Assembly (NCBI GenBank): GCA_964016885.1
Contig: OZ024743.1
Span: 282,534,001-282,598,000 of the forward strand
DNA: 64,000 bases
Direction: 5' to 3'
Source: Eledone cirrhosa
Lineage: Eukaryota
Shown: positions 51,941-63,100 of the stretch, in pieces
Numbering within the stretch: position 1 is the stretch's first letter
Layout of the letters: each line of letters opens with the position of its first letter
The notes under the pieces: generated by a model
Databases searched by the model: none
The model's input: the letters and a program-made list of their open reading frames with translations, nothing else
Told to the model about the DNA's origin: nothing
Position numbers and translations under genes: made by a program

Positions 51941-53082
51941 AGATAACTCCTTTAAAATGTCGTGTAAAGAACTGAACACAGTTGCTTTAGTGGCGTTTTC
52001 TGTTTCAACGTTTATCAGGTTGTAATTTTAAATAATTATCTTAAAATTATGTCCAGCCAATATAGTCGATAGCCCTTCAATGAAATGTCTATTGTTATAC
52101 AGGTGATACATATCTAAAGAGAATTAATTCTACTTATATACAACTTACTAAATTATTAATTTGCAGAAAAAAGTCTTATCAGCAGTGAAAGAAAGATTTA
52201 GAAATTGCCAGAAAGAAAGAAATAGGTGCCATATTCTTTTTTGAACAGTTAAGAAAATAGTCATGATAAACATCACAATATGAACATTGTTTTAATTTTA
52301 TTGCTGATGTATGTATCATTGAACCTCCGTCAATTCTGACAAGTTTACAGTGGAACAACCTGCTTGTCAAATTAACAAGTAGTTGAGCATTCCACAGACA
52401 TGTGTGCCCGTTTGTTTCTCACAAAGATTCAACATGACAGCATGACATGGCTGGCCCTTGGAATCACACGGGTGCAACTCTCCTTTGCCAGCTGTGTGGA
52501 CTAGAACAATATGAAATAAAATGTCTTACTCAAAGATAGGATGAGCTGCTGAGATTCAAACTCAAAACCTTATGACCATGAGCCAAACACTCTAATCACT
52601 AAGCCCCACACCATCATATATCATGTAAACAACAGATTTTTCGCATTTCCATGTATCAGCCTAATCCACTGCTACTTCACACCACATTCCATTTTATAAT
52701 TCCTCTGTAACTACAACCAGGAATTGAAACCAGGTCTTCAAATTGGCTCACATATAAATTATTTACTACTCTTCAGCAATTGCTATTTTTATGTATTCAG
52801 TAAATAGTATTTTGCCATTATATATATATATATCAAACCTTTCCTTTTATATCCATCATTTACTAAACAATATATATAGTGTTTATTTTATTTCTCAGAT
52901 GTTAACTATTATCCACCAACCAATACAATGCTTCTATGTCTTATATTGTTATCCAGCATTGTGTAGAATGATGAAATTTTATTCCAAAGAACTGAACTCA
53001 CAACCTTTCAATTGCAAGCCCAATGCTCTAACCACTAAGCCATGCGCATATATATCTATATTATATATATATATATATATAA

Positions 53083-53447
53083 TTGAATAAAATGACAGGA
53101 GGCTAGACTGGTGAAATTCCTTCAAAGTTTTATTGTTGCAAACACTATATATATTTTAGTAGACAGGTTACATAAAATCCTGGCAACATCAAGTATTTAT
53201 TGCATAATAGTTACACAATAAAGGAATAATGGTAACTGCAATCCGAGAGGATAGTGTTTGCCATTATTCCTTTATTGTGTAACTATTATGGAATACATTC
53301 CTTTATTGTATAACTATTATGCAACATACATCTGATGTTGTCACCAGGATTCTATGTAACCTGGCCACTAAAATATATATATAGTGTTTGTAACAATAAA
53401 ACTTTGAAGGAATTTAACCAGTCTAGCCTCCTGTCATTTTATTCAAT
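53083..53447. repeat. Imperfect long inverted repeat (arms about 150 bp) between (TA)n tracts, probably a Penelope pLTR derivative
   Basis: ttgaataaaatgacaggaggctagactgg... pairs with ...ccagtctagcctcctgtcattttattcaa. The right arm has an internal duplication. Confidence 0.85.
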
Positions 53448-54997
53448 AATAATTAACTCCGATCCCACTCCACCAACAGGATTCAACATCAAAGATGGAT
53501 GAGTTGTGTAACGTCGAGTGCTTTTCCTACTATTACATCATGGTTAACTATACGGAATAATCAGTTCTATCCAGTGGTGAACTACCAAATTTCAATGAAC
53601 ATATATATATATATATATGCATGCATGCAAGTAACTATGTATGTATAAACTAAGATCATCACTTGCAATTGAGGATGACTTGGCAGCATGTGTACTATGC
53701 TTTCACTAATGGTACTAGGTGTCCAAGTAGTTTCTATCAGATACAGACACCCTCACAACCTTTCCACTCTTGACCTAGCAGAACTGGAAGGATGAAAGAC
53801 AAAGTAGACTTCAGTAGTATTTGAATGCAGAAAGCAGAAAAAATATGGCAATATATTCCACCCAATACTGCTTATTGTCGACTGATGTATGTGTGTGATG
53901 CATAAGGAAAATAAACTGGATTAGCTGTCCATTAAAAAGGAAAATATTTGGGGAGGTATATAAAAATTGACCTTACTACTTTGCTGGTACCCAGCAGGAT
54001 TGGAATTTGGGATGTAAAGGGACATAACTAATAACTATATATGGCAAAGCATTTAATATTGTTGTACCAAATCTACCAATTTCTCTCTTTCTATGTATAC
54101 ATACATAGACATGCATACATATACACACAGACATGCAAACTTAGATGCATACATATACACATTTACAAACTGATACCCCTATTGTTTATTTTCATAAATA
54201 TATTAATTTTCATTAATACTTATTCAATAATTAGTTTTGTTATATGTTTAAAGTACCAAGAGGTTAAAAAGTTAGCAAGGGATTGGTGTATATTAAAGCA
54301 AGCTATTAAATAATTTATGGTTTATGAAAGGAATACTATGTTTTTCAATTGTCATAGAACCCACAAGTTCAAAATTTTGACTAAGTTCAAACTTGTCTGA
54401 GTTTATACTGATAGCCAGAAATAGAATGTTTGATATTGAATTTCTCAGACAAGATCATGACTTTTTTCTTCTTGATTTCCAAAAGAATGGTAATTCTTGT
54501 AAAAGAGGGAAAATTGGAGAAAGCCAGGAAGCAAAAGATTTTTTTTTTCAAAATAAAACCAAAAAAAGTTACAATAATAACAAGAATATAAAAAAATTCC
54601 AATAAATGCCAGCAAAGAAGGAGTAAACAGAACAGGGATGAGTTGGGAGCCAAGAAAACAAATTAACAAAAAAGGGTGTAGAAATAACAGTATTCTTTAG
54701 AATTGTTCAGTGGTGCAGTTCGCTGCCAATAGCTTGATTCTCTAAAGAACAAGATTTTGTAGAGTAAGATTTGATGTAGCATTGAATCAAGTAGTTTCCA
54801 AAAATATGAAAATTGTTTGGAAACATTTGAGGATTTGATGTATTTTGGAGACAGAAAAGATTCACTCTCTAAACTAAGAAAGCAGAATAGATTGTTCAAG
54901 CTCAAAATAGATGAAAATCTCTATAAAGATGTTGGAAAAAAGCACTTAGAAAAACGTTCCTGTGCTCAGCAATTGGTACCTGGATCATACATCCTAC

Positions 54998-55093
54998 CTG
55001 TCTGCTCCTGGTCTGCTACAAGGGAGCCATATTGGTTATTCAGAGGGTCATAATCAGCAATTGATCCAATGCGACGAGAAGAACCATTCTCAA
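54998..55093 (-). CDS. LASP1: Lasp linker exon (ENGSSRRIGSIADYDPLNNQYGSLVADQEQT), with an alternative donor extending to 54980
   Basis: Acceptor cttccag and donor gtagga. GSIADYDP matches the GSIxDYDP motif of the Lasp/nebulette linker. Phase 1-1. Confidence 0.85.
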
Positions 55094-56409
55094 CTGGAAG
55101 AGAAATGCAGTAATCAAGCAAAAACCAAGCCAAGCCAACCTCAAGCTGCTCAGTAGAGAGATGTTAAAGCAGCAGTTTTAGTTGTTTTTTTGTTTTTTTC
55201 ATTAATGATTCACAGTTTAAAATCTTTAGAATGTGTGTGGGAGAAAAACAAATTATCAAAGGTTTGCTGCTGTGATGTAAAACCAAAGATAAGTAACAAA
55301 CACGTGAAGGGAGTTTAGTGCATGGGGATAAAACAATAAAATAAAAAGTTGAAAAATTAAGTATTTGATGATTGAAGAATAGGTTTTTAAAAAATAATTA
55401 TTAAATGCTATTACAACATTTTTGGAAAATGAATGTTATGTTGCTAGAATCCTTTTTTGCTATTTTTATGTTTTAAATATTTTATCCTTTAGTCAAGAAG
55501 GGGGAGAAATGTATCCTCAAACCAGGGAACTGCTCCCAATGTTTGCAACAGAGTGGACTCTACTAAAAGCACCCAATAGCCAAGTGGTGGTGGTAAACTA
55601 GGAAATGAATTAAGTCAACCACCCAAATAGCTCACAATGGACAAGAGGATTTGAACTCAGAACACAAAGAGCCAAAACAAATTCTCAAAGAATCTCACCC
55701 AATTCTCAAATAATTCAATAAACCCACTGCTCTGGTACTTTAATGCACAGAGTCAGTTTTTTTTTTAAATTAACCTTAAAAAAAGAAAAAAGAAACAGAA
55801 AATTCGATTTTTTTTTTTTTTTAATGGTAAAATATTTATTTATTGATAATATAAGCCAATGGTTATATTTAATTGAGCTAATGAATTTCTTACTGATTTA
55901 TTCTCAAACGAAAATCTTATTGCTGTAAAATGTAATCTATATTCAGTAGAAGGCTAGCTAACTCTAAAATTACTAACCAATAGAAGAAACCAGGCAACAT
56001 TCTTAACTCTGAAATGTTTCAGTTCTTTTCACAGTAACAGATACAAACAAGAATTTCAAATAGAAAACCAATTTCTTTCTTTTTTTTTTTTTTTTTCTAG
56101 TACAGAAAATATATTTCAGTAATGAATATAAATGATATCAATTAAACCTGAAGATTTTTTTAGCATTGGAAGAAGCCAAACTTAAACACCCGCTGTACAG
56201 ACCACTTCTGGTTTAAAATTAAACTCTGACGTTCCAGATTAAGAGGTGTATGTGTGTCTCACATTAGAAACAGTGGTTTTGTCAGACACAAGCCAAGACG
56301 AATCACACAAATAAATACCTTTGACTATATCCATTTGTATGTGTCCTCATTTATTTATAGGAGTTTGTGCATGAAAAAATTGTGTATAGTGTGTTTAAAA
56401 ACAAGATAA

Positions 56410-56588
56410 TTGTTTCTAATTTATGCACAAGGCCAGCAATTACTCCAGTGCTTTATTTTATCAACCCCATAAAGATGAAAGGCAAAGCTAACCTCGGTGG
56501 CATTTGAACTCAGAACGTAAAGGGCCACAACTCTATGCTGCAAAGCATAGTGTCTGACACTCTACGAATACTGCCAATCCACCACCCT
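56410..56588 (-). mobile_element. tRNA-derived SINE family A with aaacaagataat target duplication
   Basis: Reverse complement of the 24475 SINE, with a direct repeat on both sides. Confidence 0.85.
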
Positions 56589-56899
56589 TATATAAACAAG
56601 ATAATATAATTGTTTCAGCATTAATGATTTTCCTTTACTTAATCACTTATGATTCAAATTTAGATATATGAGAAAATGTTTACTCATTTAAATCATATAA
56701 GTTTAAACATGAACATTTTAATTAGCATAATGCAATTATTTACAGAATTAATAAAACCAGAAAAATGAAAAGTTAATTTAAGAATATTTCATTGAAAAAA
56801 ATTCATCATTATAGTTTACCTAAATAAGATAGTAATAAATATTCGATTATATCTTCCTAAGATCTTTGTGATCAACAATTTTCCAACAATGGACTTTTC

Positions 56900-58500
56900 A
56901 GACTTTAGCTGCTCAAGAAGCTGAGTAGCTGCTGCTCATTATAATACTGGCATCCTCAATGAAAGAGTTATTTAGACCAGTCAGAGATTATAGAATGTGA
57001 CAACAATCCAAAGCATACTGCAGGAATTATCAAGAAATTCAACAAAAACAAATCCAAGAGCTGAAATGGCTAGCACAAACATTCAACTATTAATGTGTGT
57101 GGTGCAGTAAATAAATATATACATATACACCAGGTTCGAACGTAAAGGAACCAAACTCCCAATGTCACTGCCTCCGTCTCTCTTGCCCTCTCCAACTCTC
57201 ACTATTATGAGCAAATGTGACCAGAATAGAGAAGGCATTTCCCCAGAGGATGGTGAGGCGCTGAAAAAGCCATTCCAACGAGTCAATATGAATATTCAAA
57301 AATAGAAATCCAGTAAATTAAATGAATTGAATGATTACATTGCCCAAAAATGAGAAGAAATTTCAGATAATGCTTATAGATTCAATACTTCAAAGATATA
57401 ATTCCATTTAAAAAATATTTCAGGTCCCTGACTCAATACTAATACTTTTTGATTTTATTCTTCAATTTTTTAATGCAAACACATTCCCATATGCTTAAAA
57501 TGTTCTTAAATTAAGTGATGTCCATTTTTTGTGGCATTATTGATACTGTTAATAATTGCATTAGGTTAATTAAAAATAACATTATTTAAAAGAATAAAAA
57601 CATTCTCTTTCTAAATGATTAAATAAACAGAATTAACATTTAATCATTAATATACTGTTATCTTTAAATTACACTAGTGTGAGTATATATATATATAAAA
57701 AGTTCCCAGTCCACACTGTAAATATGGTTGGTGTTAGGAAGGGCATCCAGCCGTAGAAAACCTGCCAGATAGTTCTATATGAGTGAGACATGGTCATCCA
57801 ACCAATCCTGCCTCAAATTAGGACAACTCCCGTCTAACCCATGCTAGCGTGAAAGATAGACGTTAAATAATGATGATGATGATATCACAATCCAAATGAG
57901 CAATTTAGATAAATTTATATGCATTCCATTTGTGAACATTAATAAAGTTTCTTTTGGAAGGAGGAGGGTGCCATCATTTTTTTCTACCTGTTGGAGGTAA
58001 TATTAATGCCCAAACTTTTAATAAATCTTTGAATTGCTTTTGCTATCCTCTTTTTTGTGCACACACCATCATGCAGCAGTTATTTTGGCAGATACCTATC
58101 AGATATGTGAATAATAAAACCTGTTAAATCTGAAGCAGGGTGAAGTTATCTGAATCTTGACTTTGCCAATGACTTTGGTCTTTAGGTCTTGTCATCTTAT
58201 TTTGCAACACAACTTATATTTCCGCAGACATAGGAAATTTCTATGAAATCCATGTTTCAACAACAGATAGTAGAAATGTAGACAATACTCCTTTATCTCA
58301 GTGATGTAACTGATTCCACTGCAACTCCATACTTTTACATAGTCTGCCAGCTAGCTATGGAGATCTAGTTGTTGACCTCAATAACAATACTCCCACTTAT
58401 TGAAAACACACAAACAAAATGAGTAACGGTATCTACTGCCTCCAAGTACTGTTCCCTGACTGATATTGCTTTCTAGAAACCAGTTGGAATGTAACTTCAG
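56900..58500 (+). pseudogene. Putative endogenous Mononegavirales-like L polymerase fossil, 5' part (GHP region to RdRp motifs A-C)
   Basis: Broken frames give (G)HP at about 56950, a 70-codon open stretch at 57111-57318, YLNLDFA..FR at 58147, ISADIGNFY at 58218, TILLYLSD at 58282, AME...LLTSIT at 58354 and SRNQ at 58472. Order and spacing match L. Matched by eye only. Confidence 0.5.
57705..57882 (+). mobile_element. RTE 3'-UTR-derived SINE/fragment with (GAT)n tail
   Basis: Similar to 20590-20769. Confidence 0.85.
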
Positions 58501-58547
58501 TTTGTTTTTTTTCAATATTTATTTTGGTGTTACTTTTATCAGAAGAC

Positions 58548-58616
<69 letters not shown>

Positions 58617-59444
58617 GTTTATGTCTGTTTTCCATGCTAGCATGGGTTGTACAGATCATTACAGTCCAAGACTAGGTTGGCTGGCTAGGGAGACAGATTA
58701 TGCTCATATATTCCATACTATGGCATGGTTTCTGTAGCTGGATGTTCTGCCTAATGCCAACCACTAAATTCACTGGATGTATTTCATCCGAGCATCAGCA
58801 CTACAATATATCTTTATCATTTAACATCCGTTTTTCCTATTAGCAAGGATTGGATGGGTTATCACAGTCTGAGTCAGTACTCGCGCGAAGCTACTGGCTT
58901 CTAAAATGGGCTGGGGGTATGCACATCTTGCTTACAAATGTCTGTACACTCTACTGAGTGCATTTTGACACAGCTGTATGGTACTTTGTTTGGCAGGTTT
59001 TCTACAGCTGGATGCTCTTCCTATCACCAACCAGTTTCCAGAGTGTACTGTGTATGTTTATCATGTAGATCACCAACACTAGGGAGGTGGTCATGTCTTT
59101 GATACAACTGAAGATTATTTCTGACCCTTTATCCAAACAGTTTGGATCTAGCTGTCGAAACGGCCGGAGCTCAGCCTGACTCTTTTCCTAATAGCCACTC
59201 TACTACCCTAAGTATCGAATACTCTGGTGCGTTATGGTTTCTTACCACACTTTCTTTGTAATTATATATATATATATATATATTGGTTGCCTTTGAAATA
59301 TATATAATAAAATAATTATGGTTTTATAAATATAGTTTCCATTTATTAATATAATGAATATTTACTCCACTAACCTGCCGAGTGCTTTATATCAGCTATA
59401 AAACTTTTAAGTTTGTTGAATTCCAACAAATTAAATATAACCTT

Positions 59445-59488
<44 letters not shown>

Positions 59489-59489
<1 letters not shown>

Positions 59490-59801
59490 AAGGATTTAAA
59501 TGAATACAGTTCAGTTAAAAGGAATTTATTGACACGTGTTTCAATAACAGTTACATAACCTGAAAACAGCTGCTATCTACAAAGTATTAATTATGCAGAC
59601 ACTCAATATTTCAATGTTATTATCAACTATCATTTCATCAGAATCATTCTGATGAAATGATAGTTGATAATAACATTGAAATATTGAGTGTCTGCATAAT
59701 TAATACTTTGTAGATAGCAGCTGTTTTCAGGTTATGTAACTGTTATTGAAACACGTGTCAATAAATTCCTTTTAACTGAACTGTATCCATTTAAATCCTT
59801 C
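59489..59801. repeat. 313-bp near-perfect palindrome (156-bp arms, 1-nt spacer at 59645, one mismatch seen)
   Basis: gaaggatttaaatg...catcagaat-c-attctgatg...catttaaatccttc. Confidence 0.97.
59646..59762 (+). ncRNA. Type I hammerhead ribozyme with long stem II (mirror copy on the - strand at 59528-59644)
   Basis: att-CTGATGA(59649-59655), stem II aatgatagtt/aactgttatt (10 bp with two G-U), GAAAC(59748)-acgt-GTC(59757-59759)-aat. Confidence 0.75.
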
Positions 59802-60219
59802 TAAAACTACAACTGGAACCGTCGAGCAAACTCTACGTGAGCTGTCCATCTACTGTGTGTAATATTCATATTACAACACTACGGAAAATACTATATATAT
59901 ATATATATACAAAGGTTATATTTAATATGTGTGTGGTTGTATATATATATATATGTGTATGTATGGATATGTTGATACTTATGTGTGTATGTATGTATGT
60001 GTATACGTATGTGTATGTGTGTATATATATACACACATATATGTGTATATGTGTGTGTGTATGTATGAGTGTATGTGTATATATATATATATATATATGT
60101 GTGTATGTATATAATTGTGTGTGTGTGTGTGTGTGTTTGCATGTGTGTTTTTATTTTATTTTTCCTTTCCTTCTTCCTTCTCCAGCCTCACTTTCATATA
60201 AATTGCATTTTTGGTTTTA

Positions 60220-61476
60220 GAATCCAATATCAATAAATAGACCAGGATTTTTTCATTCTGATGATTGAAAGCAAAATTTTTTGCTTTTAAGAAACCACTG
60301 GTAAATGGAATAATTGCCTTATGTTGTTTATTACATAACTATTAAGCTCTGTTACCTACATAGAGCACTCTTTTTTCTTGGACTTTTCCGACGGAATTAC
60401 TTCTTTATACAGCTCCAACCGGGATTGATTGAAGCATATTCTATATTACATATATGATTGGCACTTTCCAGCCCGATTAGTTGAGCACTCTACAGTTTTC
60501 AGGAATTTAACCAACATACACCATGGACCTTTATGAATTGGATTATTCAGTCAAAAATATACCTACTCCTTCCAACACAACTTATACCAAAATGCTTATA
60601 ATTTAAAATCGAACAAGTCGTTAAAAGAATGAGATGGAAGGCAATGGTTTGCGATGGACTATTCAGTGCTGATACTAATGATTGTTTTGACATAAAATCC
60701 CGTAAATATCCACCTAGAATTAAAGACATGGCCAACTTCGAATTAGACCTTGTTAATTTAATTAGTGATATCAAATTTCGTAAGTACAATAATAACTTTC
60801 AAACTAAACTGTCTAACGATATTTCTAATTTTAGAAATTCTACAAACACCTTTGTTCTTTCTGATAAAACTAAAAATCTCTTTGAAGTTAATAGTATTTT
60901 GTATAACCAACTTTTAACTAATAATAATACCTACAATACTATTAATAAAGAAGCTAAAGAACTAGCTAGTTCTTTAAAAATAGACAACCGGATTGAAAGC
61001 CTAGCTAAGCGTAAAGCATATATTACCCTTAAAGACCATAAATTGGACTTTACTAATCGAAATTTCCTTCCCATAATATCGGTTTATACCGTGATGACAG
61101 ATTGGCAGTTTCTCATACCACCAACGGCCACAACCTTGATAAATTCCGTAAAGATTTAATCAATACTTTTGCTAATCTAAACCTTAAAATTACTATAGAT
61201 ACGAACCTTACCAATGCTAACTTTCTTGATATTAATCTTGATCTACTTACCGCCTCTTTTAAACCTTATCATAAACCTAATGAAAATCTTAGGTATATAC
61301 ACAAAGAGTCTTGCCATCCCCCTATAGTTTTTAATAATCTTATTCCCAACATTAGCCGTAAGATTTCTACCTTATCTTCATCTATAGACATTTTTAATAA
61401 AGCCCTTAAGAACAGCGATTTTACAGAAAATTTTTTTATTAGCCTTAATTTTCTACTCTCTCAAATAATTTTGTAG
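60220..61476 (+). mobile_element. Penelope-like element (Naiad-type), internally deleted and frameshifted
   Basis: From ATG 60523: YSVKNIPTPS, KRMRWKA, SDKT.NL, AYITLKDHK, GLYRDD (61081-61098), NFLDINLDL, KPYHKPN and S.HPP. No GIY-YIG domain is seen. Confidence 0.9.
60251..60310 (+). ncRNA. Intact minimal type I hammerhead ribozyme upstream of the Penelope ORF
   Basis: tttcatt-CTGATGA-ttgaaagcaa/ttgcttttaa-GAAAC-c-act-g-GTA-aatggaa. All core bases and three stems are present. Predicted cleavage is after 60303. Confidence 0.88.
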
Positions 61477-63100
61477 GTTTATAAACCACTGAGTAGCACT
61501 TGTCATTTCTCATAGTTTACTTGCAACATAAACCATACAGTCCCTACCTCTGCAGCAGATGAGAATGTAGACAAGCATTTTGACAGCAATAGACAGAAGG
61601 CAAATTCCATTGTGTCAGTAACAAGATATGTAATTTCTTTGCATTTGTGAACTATAGAGACATTTTCTTAGTTATATGATTGTTCTCTATTACTATATAA
61701 CATAGATGACATCAGTTACCAACATCAACAGCATATCATTTTGTGCTTTATGAATCTCAATGGAAATGATACTTGACCCTTGATGGACATTACCACAAAA
61801 AAATTTGATAACCTTGACATTAGGAACACAAGTGCAACATTACTCTAAACACATGTAAGGCAAGCTGTAGCTTCTACATTGATAAATGATCAGCATGAAG
61901 TAGTACATGAAGTAATAGCTTTGCTATTGTGCCTTATCAATCAGTAGAATTTTAAGTGATTATAATCAACAAAGTATTAATTCCCACTTGATTTGTGATT
62001 GTATAAATCTTAAGTCACAAAGTCTTTTTTGGCCTATTTCACACCAGGCTGTGAAACAAAATTGTTTTTTAATGTAGATTTATGATCATTAAAACAAAAA
62101 TCATTTCACAGCTAACAGCATCTGTATTTCCTCTATTGTCACAAACCAGTCCAAGTTTGTATGTATAAACCTGTCCAAATTGATCAATAGCAACCATACA
62201 GATGTTGACTTTCTGAATATACCTACTATAACAACCAAGCTGTTAAAAACATTTAGAAATATTGTTTATTCAATACTGCATTGAAGGTAACTAGATCTGT
62301 ATCAAAAAGAATATTATTAAATTAACTTAGATATCTGTATTGGAATATAGTATAATTATAGGCAAATAGATGGTGTGGCACTTGAATGAAGAATAAGGAA
62401 TTTCATATGTCAATGATGATATATTATATATGTACTTGGGCTATATACTATATACTTCACTCTTCCAACTCCTACCAAACTTTAAATGTTAAGTTTGCTA
62501 TCCAGGTTTCTATCAGTCTTGCAATATTTCAGGGAAACTATGAGAGTAGATCCAAGATCAGGATAGATCTAGATATGAAGACAATGAGTCACTGATACAC
62601 CTATCGCTATATGGTTACTGACTATGCAGTAGACCATAAGAAATCATACATGAATTACTGATTGCTGGACAGTGATACTTAATATTGAATGAGGAGACAC
62701 AGAAGTTAGAGATTGAAGAGTGGCAAGTCATAGCAAGTTAAAATTAAATAAAATATATTAGCAATGGGTCACACAAACATTAAACGGATCAAAAGTTATT
62801 TTCTTGAACATCTATTCAACCATAACTGTAATCAGATTAAAATTTTAAAATCATTTATTAGGTCCTATCTGTTGAAACACAACCTATCTGGTTTTAGTGT
62901 ATAGCTTGTATGACTTGTTTATACACACATGCGGAAACATCAGAGATTTGCATATCAAAGAGGCAATACTAATTACTAGATTGAACCCCTCATAAACAGC
63001 AAGAACAAGTTAATTGGCGTCTGTGATTATACTAATCTGAACATATCACCAAATATCTATGTAGAAGAGTTCCAGTCATCATCTTCACCACACTCCATTT
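61477..63100 (+). pseudogene. Putative endogenous Mononegavirales-like L polymerase fossil, 3' part (post-motif D, CR-IV and PRNTase/CR-V)
   Basis: FTCNINHTVPT at 61516, ILCFMNLNGNDT*PLMDITTKKFDN at 61738, LRYLYW...QIDGVA at 62326-62380, SNGSHKH* at 62760 and WF* at 62889, colinear with L motifs. Many stops. Matched by eye only. Confidence 0.55.

Noticed and set aside
51674-51979. 101-aa minus-strand ORF as a possible Lasp exon
   Set aside because: No Lasp-like motif, the open frame has the wrong phase for the flanking exons, and the + strand looks like an RTE 3' end.
57083-57286. Minus-strand ORF with an acceptor-like site as a possible Lasp exon
   Set aside because: No nebulin repeat or LIM motif and no clear donor. 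The + strand frame fits the putative viral L fossil better.
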